From positions 1 to 44,158 of IMG/VR virus record IMGVR_UViG_3300031998_000219: a stretch of DNA of 44,158 nucleotides; one strand, 5' to 3'. The stretch comes from a virus. A program made the position numbers and the translations under genes. The notes beneath the pieces are model-generated. The model was not told where the DNA came from. It saw only the letters and a program-made list of their open reading frames with translations, and did not search any database. Of the stretch, positions 1-6,723 are shown piece by piece; position 1 is the first letter of the stretch; each line of letters opens with the position of its first letter.

Positions 1-91
1 GCCAACTTTTCAACCGCTTCTTTGGTTGATTTGCGCGGGTTTTTCGGGTTCGGTTTCAACTCTGATAACCGCCTGTACTCAATTTGGTTGT
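1..91. repeat. Terminal direct repeat, left copy (identical to 44068-44158)
   Basis: Compared base by base: bases 1-91 equal the last 91 bases of the window. This is the signature of a circular or terminally redundant genome assembled with an overlap. Confidence 0.95.
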
Positions 92-134
92 GAACGTCTT
101 GTGGCCGTTCGTTTTTCCCTTTAACGTTTGCCAT
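1..134 (-). CDS. 5' end (N-terminus) of the ParB-domain DNA methyltransferase gene, continuing across the circular junction into 42963-44158
   Basis: ATG at 134-132 gives MANVKGKNERPQDVHNQIEYRRLSELKPNPKNPRK. This is in frame (25 codons upstream) with the TTG the ORF track used at 44126, which is position 59 in the left repeat copy. The non-redundant gene is 92-134 plus 42963-44158, 1239 nt or 412 aa. Confidence 0.8.
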   Translation of the reverse strand, partial: MANVKGKNERPQDVHNQIEYRRLSELKPNPKNPRKSTKEAVEKL

Positions 135-151
135 AATCGTAATGTTTTGTG

Positions 152-182
152 CAAATGTAGTCAATAATTATTTAACGGCAAA
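152..182 (-). promoter_or_regulatory. Bacteroidota-type promoter (TTTG -33, 19-nt spacer, TACATTTG -7) for the late operon
   Basis: Minus strand reads TTTG (182-179), 19 nt, then TACATTTG (159-152), ending 17 nt upstream of the ATG at 134. It matches the published Bacteroides consensus TTTG-N19-21-TAnnTTTG. Confidence 0.6.
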
Positions 183-183
183 T

Positions 184-210
184 CCCGAATGGTTTTTTAC
201 GCCATTCGGG
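184..210 (-). terminator. Hairpin after the last early/middle gene (9-bp stem CCCGAATGG/CCATTCGGG)
   Basis: A perfect 9-bp inverted repeat with a 9-nt loop sits 7 nt after the stop at 217. There is no clear U-tract on the minus strand, so it may be a terminator or a processing structure. Confidence 0.45.
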
Positions 211-216
211 GTTTGT

Positions 217-372
217 TCAATCTTCAACCATCATCATACAGGCCGGGGAATCCGGGTTGATGGGTTTACCTGTCAGCGAACAAATTGTGTTGCCTTGGGG
301 ATTTAGGCAATTCCAACATTGGCGGCATTTCTTGCCCTCAACCTTGGGCGGGTCATTTCGGTTCGTACTCAT
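217..372 (-). CDS. Small Cys-rich (zinc-ribbon-like) protein, 51 aa
   Basis: MSTNRNDPPKVEGKKCRQCWNCLNPQGNTICSLTGKPINPDSPAC has a CxxCxxC...C...C pattern. An alternative ATG at 411 would overlap the upstream gene by 59 nt. Confidence 0.5.
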   Translation of the reverse strand: MSTNRNDPPKVEGKKCRQCWNCLNPQGNTICSLTGKPINPDSPACMMMVED

Positions 373-925
373 TTTGGAAATCCGCTTTTGATACAACCTT
401 GAATAACCCATCTTTCACAAACACGATGTAATCGGATTCGGCCGCGTGCGCCCAAACGGAACCGCTTGCGTTCAAGAAATGGAACGTGCCTGTTTTCCCC
501 GTTTCTTTTTCGAATTCCCCGTTTCCGATGAATTCCAAAAGTCTATCCACGTTGTCGGGGCATACCTGTACGGCCTTTATTTCTTCTAATTTATGGCAAT
601 ACGTTTGCCCGCTTTCGGGATTCTCTTTGCCCGGATTTTCGCGGTATCGAAAACCGATGGTGTTATCTTCTTTGAATTTGATGCGTGCAATTAGCGTTTC
701 GCGTTCTGCATCATCCTTTATTTCAATCAGACGTTTTCCCACACGGCCCGCAATAGCATTGTAAATGGCATTGATATAATTGGGGTCGTGGTGTTTGGTG
801 TAATCCGCTTCGATAAAGAAATGGTCGCCGCCGTTCTTTGGCTTGCACGGCATTTCCGTAAGGGATTCAACCATTGCGCACAATTCGGAATCCCACGATG
901 TCAACTTTTCTTTCCAATATTCCAT
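353..925 (-). CDS. Hypothetical protein, 190 aa
   Basis: ATG at 925 lies 2 nt after the upstream stop (TGATTATGG). The longer 262-aa ORF-track version would overlap the upstream gene heavily. No motif recognised. Confidence 0.6.
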   Translation of the reverse strand: MEYWKEKLTSWDSELCAMVESLTEMPCKPKNGGDHFFIEADYTKHHDPNYINAIYNAIAGRVGKRLIEIKDDAERETLIARIKFKEDNTIGFRYRENPGKENPESGQTYCHKLEEIKAVQVCPDNVDRLLEFIGNGEFEKETGKTGTFHFLNASGSVWAHAAESDYIVFVKDGLFKVVSKADFQNEYEPK

Positions 926-927
926 AA

Positions 928-1431
928 TCAACTTTTGATTTTGTTTTTGACAATATCCCAACCGTCTTTTCCCAATGCCATTGCAAGCGGGAAACACGTT
1001 ATATCTCCTTTGGGTACAACAACATCGTAAAAACCCAATTGGCCCGATACAGGCATTTCCACAACCGGGCGTGGGTTGCGCATCATCCATCCCCAACCCT
1101 TTTTGGGTCTGTCCTGTACAGGGATGCAAGTTGCGGCCCAATCTTCCGCCGTGAAATCTTCAACCCGCTTGACATCGTACAATTCCACGAATCCCAACGT
1201 AACGCCGGACATCATGCCGGGCAATACGGGTTTTGCGCTTGAACAAACCAATACGTCGCCGCGATATGTCGTATTCCTTGAACGAACTTCAATGGATTTT
1301 TGGGCGTGACGTTCCCCGTTATCGTCTATATATTCAACCCGCGTTAATAATGACGCATAAGGTTGTTTGACGCTTAACCCTTTGAATTTGTCGTGCAATT
1401 CGGGGTTATAATCTTTTTTGTCTAACTGCAT
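928..1431 (-). CDS. ASCH/PUA-like domain protein, 167 aa
   Basis: LSVKQPYASLL...IEVRSRNTTYRGDVLVCSS resembles the ASCH-domain N-terminal pattern (KQPWA..I..G.K..E.R....RG). Motif-level call only. Confidence 0.5.
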   Translation of the reverse strand: MQLDKKDYNPELHDKFKGLSVKQPYASLLTRVEYIDDNGERHAQKSIEVRSRNTTYRGDVLVCSSAKPVLPGMMSGVTLGFVELYDVKRVEDFTAEDWAATCIPVQDRPKKGWGWMMRNPRPVVEMPVSGQLGFYDVVVPKGDITCFPLAMALGKDGWDIVKNKIKS

Positions 1432-1715
1432 AATTGTTCAAATCGGTTAATGATTTCTATTTCCCAAGTCCAACCCAACTTATTCTTTATGTTCTTTATC
1501 TTGTTTCTTCCATACAATAATGTTGCGTGGTCAATTCCCAACGCCTTTGAAACCTTGGTTGACGGGTAGCCGGATTCCATCAGTTTCGCGCCGATGGCCC
1601 AACGGCAAACCGGTAATGGATATGTGCGTTTTCCGCTTAATATATCATCCCGTGTTTGTTCGCTTGCCGTGACCATTCGGTTTATTAGTGTATCGAATAA
1701 TTCGTTAAAGTCCAT
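1422..1715 (-). CDS. DnaA domain IV-like helix-turn-helix protein, 97 aa
   Basis: SGKRTYPLPVCRWAIGAKLMESGYPSTKVSKALGIDHATLLYGRNKI matches the DnaA C-terminal pattern (R...aR.ia.yl....s...ig..lg.dHsTv.ya..ki). Confidence 0.55.
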   Translation of the reverse strand: MDFNELFDTLINRMVTASEQTRDDILSGKRTYPLPVCRWAIGAKLMESGYPSTKVSKALGIDHATLLYGRNKIKNIKNKLGWTWEIEIINRFEQLCS

Positions 1716-1717
1716 AA

Positions 1718-2101
1718 TTAAAATGGCGCGTCGCCTGTTTCGGGTTGCAGGGCCGGGGCCTGTTCGGGTTTCTTTCCGCCCAACAATTCCATTTCATCAA
1801 TGATGATTTCGGTAATGTATCGTTTTTGTCCGGCGTTATCTTCATAATCGCGGGTGCGGATTTTACCGACAATCAACAACGGGGTTCCCTTTTTCACATA
1901 TTGTTCGCAAACACCGGCCAACCCGGGTTGTTTGGCAACGCAAATGTGCCAATCTGTGACATCGGGGATTTGGCGGCCGTCTTTGGTTGTGTATCCGCGT
2001 TCGGTCGTGCCCAATGTGAATTGCGCAACTTTACCACCTTTTTCGAAATTCTTTATTGTCGGGTCGGCCCCGACGTTGCCTTTTAGAATTACTTTGTTCA
2101 T
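1718..2101 (-). CDS. ssb: Single-stranded DNA-binding protein
   Basis: MNKVILKGNVGADP is a typical OB-fold SSB N-terminus. The protein also has a Gly/Pro-rich linker and the C-terminal acidic tip ...GDAPF. Confidence 0.9.
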   Translation of the reverse strand: MNKVILKGNVGADPTIKNFEKGGKVAQFTLGTTERGYTTKDGRQIPDVTDWHICVAKQPGLAGVCEQYVKKGTPLLIVGKIRTRDYEDNAGQKRYITEIIIDEMELLGGKKPEQAPALQPETGDAPF

Positions 2102-2124
2102 ATCGAAATAAACTTATAGGTTAA

Positions 2125-2445
2125 TTAATCGTCAAATTTCGCGCCTTGCAACAGATATTCGCGTTTCAAATCGGACCAACCGGCCGCATCGTTCAATTGT
2201 TTGCGGTCCCCGTCGTTCACGAATTCAACCCACGTTCCGCCGACCGTTGACGCACGCAACAGACGTACCAAATGTTTCTCAAAGAACCGACGATATTTGA
2301 AATACTGACAATCCGGGTTTAGTTCCAAAACCCTTTTGGTATCCTTTGGGTGTGCCACCTTTGGGGCCTTTGTCAGTTTCTTAAAGTTCGCGTTGGCAAA
2401 ATCCTTACGGATGGAACGCCGTACAATATCATCAAACCTTTTCAT
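2125..2445 (-). CDS. Hypothetical protein, 106 aa
   Basis: Intact ORF overlapping the upstream gene by 14 nt. No motif recognised. Confidence 0.55.
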   Translation of the reverse strand: MKRFDDIVRRSIRKDFANANFKKLTKAPKVAHPKDTKRVLELNPDCQYFKYRRFFEKHLVRLLRASTVGGTWVEFVNDGDRKQLNDAAGWSDLKREYLLQGAKFDD

Positions 2446-2863
2446 TTTGGTATTCCTGTATCAATCGTTCGTTGGTGTACTCTGTTATTCCGAATATCCG
2501 CATATTCTGACGCGTCGGCCGGTGTTCATACCGGTTGTGACATTCGAAACACAACACCGTTATATTGCGCGGGTCAAATGCCATATTTGGATATGCGCCA
2601 CGGCTCAAATTATGGGATATATAAACGGCCGAATATTCCTTTAACGGCTTCATACATTCGGAACAGACGTGCGGCGAATGTTGCCAACACCAACGGTAAA
2701 ATCTTTCGTTTTCTTCCGGGGTGTGTCCGGTCCCGAACAATTCCCGTTGTATTGATACCCGCAAGCGGTGTTCCATAACAAAACGGCGGTCATTCAACGG
2801 TTCGAATCCTTGCGTTCTGCAATAGTCGTAATCCGCCCGGGTATCAATCGCAATCGGTTCCAT
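2432..2863 (-). CDS. HNH-like nuclease, 143 aa
   Basis: CSECMKPL ... ISHNLSRGAYPNMAFDPRNITVLCFECHNRYEH shows a beta-beta-alpha-metal / HNH-type Cys-His arrangement. Confidence 0.5.
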   Translation of the reverse strand: MEPIAIDTRADYDYCRTQGFEPLNDRRFVMEHRLRVSIQRELFGTGHTPEENERFYRWCWQHSPHVCSECMKPLKEYSAVYISHNLSRGAYPNMAFDPRNITVLCFECHNRYEHRPTRQNMRIFGITEYTNERLIQEYQNEKV

Positions 2864-3454
2864 TTATTCGTCGCCGTTATCGGGTTGCGCGTCTGATTGG
2901 TCGCCAAACAACGACAATTGCGCCTGTTTGCCGTTGAATATGAATTGGTAAACCTCGGATTGTATTGCCTTTGCAATGGTTTCCAATTCTTCTTCAAATC
3001 CAAATGAAACGTTGGCCAACTTTATGCACGGGGTGTTGATACAGGTTTTAAGGCCGTTCGGGGTTTCGAATACGGATGTAATGACCACGCCGATTTTGTC
3101 CCCGGTTCCGGCCCACGTCACGCCGCGCACGCTTATTTTCGAAATCAGTTCGTCAGCAAATGAACGGGCCTTGGCTAACTTGGAATCCGCCATTTTGAAA
3201 TCGTCCGATTCCAACAATGACAGAAACGATGTAATGTTGAATACACGGGCAACCACTTGGCGCAAATCCTTGAACAAACCTTGCAAATCGGGGTGTACGT
3301 CGCGGTTGATGGTTGCTTGGTAATCTGTAATGGTCAGTTCGCCGCCGATTTCTTCCGTAACTTGGTATGTGGCTTGCAAACCACCATCGGGCAACAACTT
3401 TACCTTTGACAAATTGAACTTTTCTTCGCTTGGCTTTTTGATTGTTTCTTCCAT
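2864..3454 (-). CDS. Hypothetical protein with acidic C-terminal tail, 196 aa
   Basis: Intact ORF abutting its neighbours. The C-terminus is ...GDQSDAQPDNGDE. Confidence 0.55.
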   Translation of the reverse strand: MEETIKKPSEEKFNLSKVKLLPDGGLQATYQVTEEIGGELTITDYQATINRDVHPDLQGLFKDLRQVVARVFNITSFLSLLESDDFKMADSKLAKARSFADELISKISVRGVTWAGTGDKIGVVITSVFETPNGLKTCINTPCIKLANVSFGFEEELETIAKAIQSEVYQFIFNGKQAQLSLFGDQSDAQPDNGDE

Positions 3455-3456
3455 AA

Positions 3457-3666
3457 TTAATTTGATTTCTTGTTTTCCGGTTCCGCCGGTATCGGGGTCA
3501 GTACGCCAACGGCGATTTCGACCAACTTGTTAATATCTTCGACGATGGCCAATTCAGCCGGGTTCGCCTTTTCCTTTTGTTTGTGTGCCAACCAATTCTT
3601 TGTGTACTCCAAATAAAACGTTGGGGTGTTGTGGAATGTGATTGTTTCTTGTTTCTTTTGTGCCAT
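3457..3666 (-). CDS. Hypothetical protein, 69 aa
   Basis: ATG at 3666 lies just after the upstream stop (TAATTATGG coupling). Confidence 0.5.
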   Translation of the reverse strand: MAQKKQETITFHNTPTFYLEYTKNWLAHKQKEKANPAELAIVEDINKLVEIAVGVLTPIPAEPENKKSN

Positions 3667-3668
3667 AA

Positions 3669-3935
3669 TTAATTGTGTTTTAATATCCATTCTTTGGCCT
3701 TTGTTTCACTTTTGAAATTTTTGGGTACAATTTTCCCATCCATTTCTACTAAGAATAATCCTTTTTGGATTTTGATAACATTAAAGTCGTGGGTTGTTTT
3801 AGCCATTGCAACAATTGTGGGTTTTGGTTTCGGATTCATCAATTGTTCCATATTGCGCAATCTTTGGTATTCCAAATCAACGCATCTTTTCGCATCTTCC
3901 AATGCTTTATTTGCTTTTCGTGCTTTTTTATCCAT
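3669..3935 (-). CDS. Hypothetical protein, 88 aa
   Basis: Intact ORF with start context ACGATATG. Confidence 0.5.
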   Translation of the reverse strand: MDKKARKANKALEDAKRCVDLEYQRLRNMEQLMNPKPKPTIVAMAKTTHDFNVIKIQKGLFLVEMDGKIVPKNFKSETKAKEWILKHN

Positions 3936-3939
3936 ATCG

Positions 3940-4146
3940 TTATGAATTAAAGGTTACGTCAACCAATAGCGGTTCGGACGACCACGTTATTTCCGGGAAC
4001 CATTCTTTGGGTAATAGGGAAAACTTATCGAACGGGTCGTTGACCATCCAATAACCCGAATTGCGGTCGCGTTTTGGCAACTTATCGTATATGTACAAAT
4101 TGCCGTTCTTATCCCGGGCAACATATCCGTTGATGGTGTATTCCAT
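3940..4146 (-). CDS. Hypothetical protein, 68 aa
   Basis: Intact ORF with start context TTGATATG. It is the first gene after the 268-nt non-coding gap. Confidence 0.5.
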   Translation of the reverse strand: MEYTINGYVARDKNGNLYIYDKLPKRDRNSGYWMVNDPFDKFSLLPKEWFPEITWSSEPLLVDVTFNS

Positions 4147-4414
4147 ATCAAAATTCGGTTTCGTTCAACAATTGGGTTTCAATTTCACTTATTTTCGGCG
4201 AATTTTCGATTTGCGGGCATTTCTCGGTTTTGACGTTAGTTTGTACGGGTATGGTCGTTTCGTGCGATTGTGGGGCAATTTTCGCGGTTCCATAATTCAA
4301 TCAAAAAATCGTCAATCTTCGTGTCGGTTATCTTTATATTTAAAAATTAGGTTTTTATGAAATTCATATATACCTCTTGCACATCTTGAAATTCCCGATG
4401 TATCAACATTTAAT

Positions 4415-4801
4415 TTAAATAACCTTTGAATCTTCAATGTAAACATTCAAGTTTTCGGCGGCGTATTGTTTAAGCCAATCAATAAAATCGGACATTCGGG
4501 ATTTATCCAAATTCCTTGCGCTTGTCAGATTGGAACCATATTCGGATAATAACAGAATTTCCAACGTTCCCAATGAATAGCGGTTGCCTAATTCCTTGAA
4601 CGCCTGTTGACAGGTCGGCAAAATGTACGAATAAAAATATGATTGTTGAGCCACCGTGGAACCCGGTTCAGCAACTTCAAACGTTACAATAACGCGCATA
4701 CCCTTGTTGTCTGCCGCGAATTGGTTTATCCGGTCCATCGGCAAACGTAATTTGCCGTCTTTTCCGATGGTTCCGGATTCGCTTATTTTGTCCGCTTTCA
4801 T
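4415..4801 (-). CDS. Hypothetical protein, 128 aa
   Basis: ATG at 4801 lies 1 nt after the upstream stop (TGATATG). Confidence 0.55.
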   Translation of the reverse strand: MKADKISESGTIGKDGKLRLPMDRINQFAADNKGMRVIVTFEVAEPGSTVAQQSYFYSYILPTCQQAFKELGNRYSLGTLEILLLSEYGSNLTSARNLDKSRMSDFIDWLKQYAAENLNVYIEDSKVI

Positions 4802-4802
4802 A

Positions 4803-5216
4803 TCAATTGGCCTTTTTCTTGGGTAACAATTCCGATTCCAATTCCGGGAATTCGTCAACGACATATTGCGCCACGGTCAACGCGTATGCCTGTCCGCATA
4901 TCTGTTGAATGTACAGACGTTGGGCGGCGGGCAACAAACAACGCTTGGCGAATATCTGAATGTAATAAAACGCCAAATCGTCCGTGGTCAGATTACGCAA
5001 ATGGTCTATCGGATGGGCGGGTATCTTCATACCTTTTGCGCCACCGGCTTTGCGCATTGCTTCATACGATTTGCGTATGGCTTCGCGGTCCTCTTTTTGG
5101 GCCGTCCAATATGCCGCCAAATTGTCACGGAACCGGTCGGTTTTTATGACATCTTCGACGGTCATATTTTGCAACGCCTTACATTGCTTTATCTTTTCTT
5201 GCAAATCCTGTTTCAT
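4803..5216 (-). CDS. Hypothetical protein, 137 aa
   Basis: Start chosen at MKQDLQEKIK because of the ATACAGGATATG context shared with other genes here. An alternative ATG lies at 5276. Confidence 0.5.
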   Translation of the reverse strand: MKQDLQEKIKQCKALQNMTVEDVIKTDRFRDNLAAYWTAQKEDREAIRKSYEAMRKAGGAKGMKIPAHPIDHLRNLTTDDLAFYYIQIFAKRCLLPAAQRLYIQQICGQAYALTVAQYVVDEFPELESELLPKKKAN

Positions 5217-5303
5217 ATCCTGTATATTAAACCCCACCCCGGACAGGGACGCACAAACCGACAAATTATTAAACATTCATCGTGTCCGGGGCGTGGGTTA
5301 TGG

Positions 5304-5453
5304 TTACTTCAAACCCAAAGATTCTTTTGCCACATCCATTCCTCGCAATACGCCCTTTTGGAATGCGTCGCACAACATCCGGGTTATACTCTCAATGTAA
5401 GGTCCGCAAACCTTTTGCATTTCTTCGTTTGTTTTTCTAATTGATTTGTCCAT
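5304..5453 (-). CDS. Small hypothetical protein, 49 aa (below the ORF-track cutoff)
   Basis: MDKSIRKTNEEMQKVCGPYIESITRMLCDAFQKGVLRGMDVAKESLGLK, preceded by the recurrent context ATACAGGCGATATG. Confidence 0.45.
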   Translation of the reverse strand: MDKSIRKTNEEMQKVCGPYIESITRMLCDAFQKGVLRGMDVAKESLGLK

Positions 5454-5468
5454 ATCGCCTGTATTTAG

Positions 5469-5672
5469 TTAAACGTTTTCAATCTTTGTGGTACGGAAAG
5501 AACCAATTTCATAATCGGCCGTTTCGTGCATTACCTGTACGCCCGCCAAATCCGGGTCGTTTGCTTTGATTTGCTTTGCGTACTCAACCGCCTTTGCGTG
5601 GTCGTGGAAAATTCTTCCATCAACGATGTTATCTTCCAAACCGCCGGGGCATAAAACAATTTTGTAAATCAT
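5469..5672 (-). CDS. Hypothetical protein, 67 aa
   Basis: Intact ORF. It is preceded by leader hairpin copy E. Confidence 0.5.
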   Translation of the reverse strand: MIYKIVLCPGGLEDNIVDGRIFHDHAKAVEYAKQIKANDPDLAGVQVMHETADYEIGSFRTTKIENV

Positions 5673-5692
5673 AATGTGTTGTATTTAAGTTT

Positions 5693-5708
5693 CCGGGAAT
5701 CGGCCCGG
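5693..5708 (-). promoter_or_regulatory. Leader stem-loop copy E (stem CCGGG/CCCGG, loop CCGATT on the RNA strand)
   Basis: Same architecture as the hairpins at 6439-6454, 13857-13872, 14558-14573 and 16272-16287. It lies 20 nt upstream of the ATG at 5672 and directly after tRNA-Glu. Confidence 0.5.
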
Positions 5709-5718
5709 TCCGGGTTTG

Positions 5719-5790
5719 TAGTCGGTGCGGGAATCGAACCCGCATTACGGGAATGAAAATCCCGTGTCCTAACCGTTAGACTAACCGGCC
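5719..5790 (-). tRNA. tRNA-Glu (anticodon UUC)
   Basis: Folded by hand: acceptor GGCCGGU/ACCGACU (one C-A mismatch), D-arm GUCU/GGAC, anticodon stem CGGGA/UCCCG with loop UUUUCAU. It has a 4-nt variable loop, as in bacterial tRNA-Glu, and T-arm GCGGG-UUCGAUU-CCCGC. No CCA is encoded. Confidence 0.85.
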
Positions 5791-5799
5791 AATCTGTTG

Positions 5800-5883
5800 T
5801 GGCTTTTCCGGGAATCGAACCCGGACCCCTGTAATGGGACGAATGTTTGGGATTCGCGCGTTTACCAATTTCGCCAAAAAGCC
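5800..5883 (-). tRNA. tRNA-Leu (anticodon CAA), type II with long variable arm
   Basis: Acceptor GGCUUUU/AAAAGCC, anticodon stem CGAAU/AUUCG with loop CCCAAAC, long variable arm (CCC..GGG) and T-arm CCGGG-UUCGAUU-CCCGG. Position 33 reads C rather than the near-universal U. Confidence 0.75.
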
Positions 5884-5965
5884 ATTTTCGGGGTTAGACG
5901 TTTCGCAACGTTTCGCCCCTGTGATTATTTTTATGTTTAAATCATTATAAGGCCGTTGAGCCTTG

Positions 5966-6036
5966 ATGCGCCGCCGGGATTCGAACCCGGAATACAAGTG
6001 CCAAAAACTTGTGTGTTACCGTTACACCACGGCGCA
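5966..6036 (-). tRNA. tRNA-Gln (anticodon UUG)
   Basis: Acceptor UGCGCCG/CGGCGCA with the U1-A72 pair typical of bacterial tRNA-Gln. D-arm GUGU/ACAC, anticodon stem CAAGU/ACUUG with loop UUUUGGC, T-arm CCGGG-UUCGAAU-CCCGG. Confidence 0.85.
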
Positions 6037-6042
6037 ATGTTT

Positions 6043-6420
6043 TTAATCAATTCTTCTCCAATCCAAATTTTTGAAACTGAAACGTTTTTCGGTGCGCTTG
6101 ATATAGAATGCGCGAACGAAATCCGGTTCATATTCTTTGGTTAAATCGCCACGTTTTACACCTCTTTCCAATGTTTGTGAACAATCGTTCAATTCATCCA
6201 ATGAACTCTTGCCGTAACATTCGTATTTGTTTGTTATCACAAACATTGTTGAACCAACCGGCATTTCCTTTATATCATCCAAAACGTTACAGAAACGGCC
6301 CAAAAAACCGGGGTGCATAGCCTGTTCGGTAAAAAGGAAAGAACGCATTTGGCGGAAACCCTCTTTGTCTGCGTTCCATATTAATGCCGTTCCATTCTCA
6401 ATAAAAAGTTTGTGTGTCAT
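6043..6420 (-). CDS. Hypothetical protein, 125 aa, first gene of a unit that also carries the three tRNAs
   Basis: Start moved to MTHKLFIENG (context AAAGCGATATG). The 22 codons upstream in the ORF track are the promoter-leader cassette. The stop lies 7 nt from the tRNA-Gln 5' end. Confidence 0.6.
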   Translation of the reverse strand: MTHKLFIENGTALIWNADKEGFRQMRSFLFTEQAMHPGFLGRFCNVLDDIKEMPVGSTMFVITNKYECYGKSSLDELNDCSQTLERGVKRGDLTKEYEPDFVRAFYIKRTEKRFSFKNLDWRRID

Positions 6421-6522
6421 ATCGCTTTGTATTTGGTCCCGGGAACCCGCCCGGTCGGTCAGATTCGCAACCGAATCCGAATGCAAATATAAGCATACTT
6501 TTTTATGTGCAATAACTTTTGA
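6421..6522 (-). promoter_or_regulatory. Promoter-leader cassette A
   Basis: Minus strand reads AAAGTTATTGC (-33 region, 6509-6516), 18 nt, then TATATTTG (-7, 6491-6484). This is followed by hairpin GATTCG/CGAATC (6462-6477), hairpin CCGGG/CCCGG with loop CGGGTT (6439-6454), an 18-nt spacer and the ATG. Homologous to cassettes B, C and D. Confidence 0.65.
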
Positions 6523-6723
6523 TTATTTTTTTTCGGAAAATTGCAAAATTTTTTGCGGGTCGCTTATTTCCGGATACCAATTCACGGTTCCGTTGGCCAA
6601 CGCCCGGGCAAACGCTTTGTCCGTTTCTTTATGTTGGCCCAATTCGAACCACCATTTATGTTTGGCGCGTTTACACATTATGCGATAACCGCCCAATATC
6701 TTTTTAACGTATGCGTCAACCAT
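6523..6723 (-). CDS. Hypothetical protein, 66 aa
   Basis: ATG overlaps the upstream stop (ATGGTTGA). Its 3' end (..PQKILQFSEKK) is the part of cassette A that recurs in degenerate form in cassettes C and D. Confidence 0.5.
   Translation of the reverse strand: MVDAYVKKILGGYRIMCKRAKHKWWFELGQHKETDKAFARALANGTVNWYPEISDPQKILQFSEKK

Noticed and set aside
4189-4293. 34-aa highly basic ORF (MEPRKLPHNRTKRPYPYKLTSKPRNARKSKIRRK) in the 4.2-kb gap
   Set aside because: Its first third is the 27-nt repeat, which is non-coding at its other locus. The composition looks like translated repeat or AT-rich DNA. It is mentioned only in the findings.
5233-5291. 9-bp inverted repeat CCCCGGACA / TGTCCGGGG with a ~40-nt loop between genes 5304-5453 and 4803-5216
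   Set aside because: The loop is too large for a confident terminator or regulatory call. If the downstream gene starts at 5276 rather than 5216, the region is partly coding.
5719-6036. Suppressor tRNAs or stop-codon reassignment, as seen in some gut phages
   Set aside because: The anticodons are UUC, CAA and UUG, all sense. All large genes are open under the standard code with TAA, TGA and TAG all used as stops.
5776-6144. ORFs 5776-5997, 5937-6131 and 5956-6144 over the tRNA cluster
   Set aside because: They overlap three hand-folded tRNAs, and their translations are reading-frame artefacts of tRNA sequence.
6421-6486. N-terminal extensions of ORFs 6043-6486, 14327-14614 and 16019-16315 given in the ORF track
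   Set aside because: The extensions translate the conserved promoter-leader cassettes (-7 box and hairpins). The conserved GCGATATG starts lie downstream.
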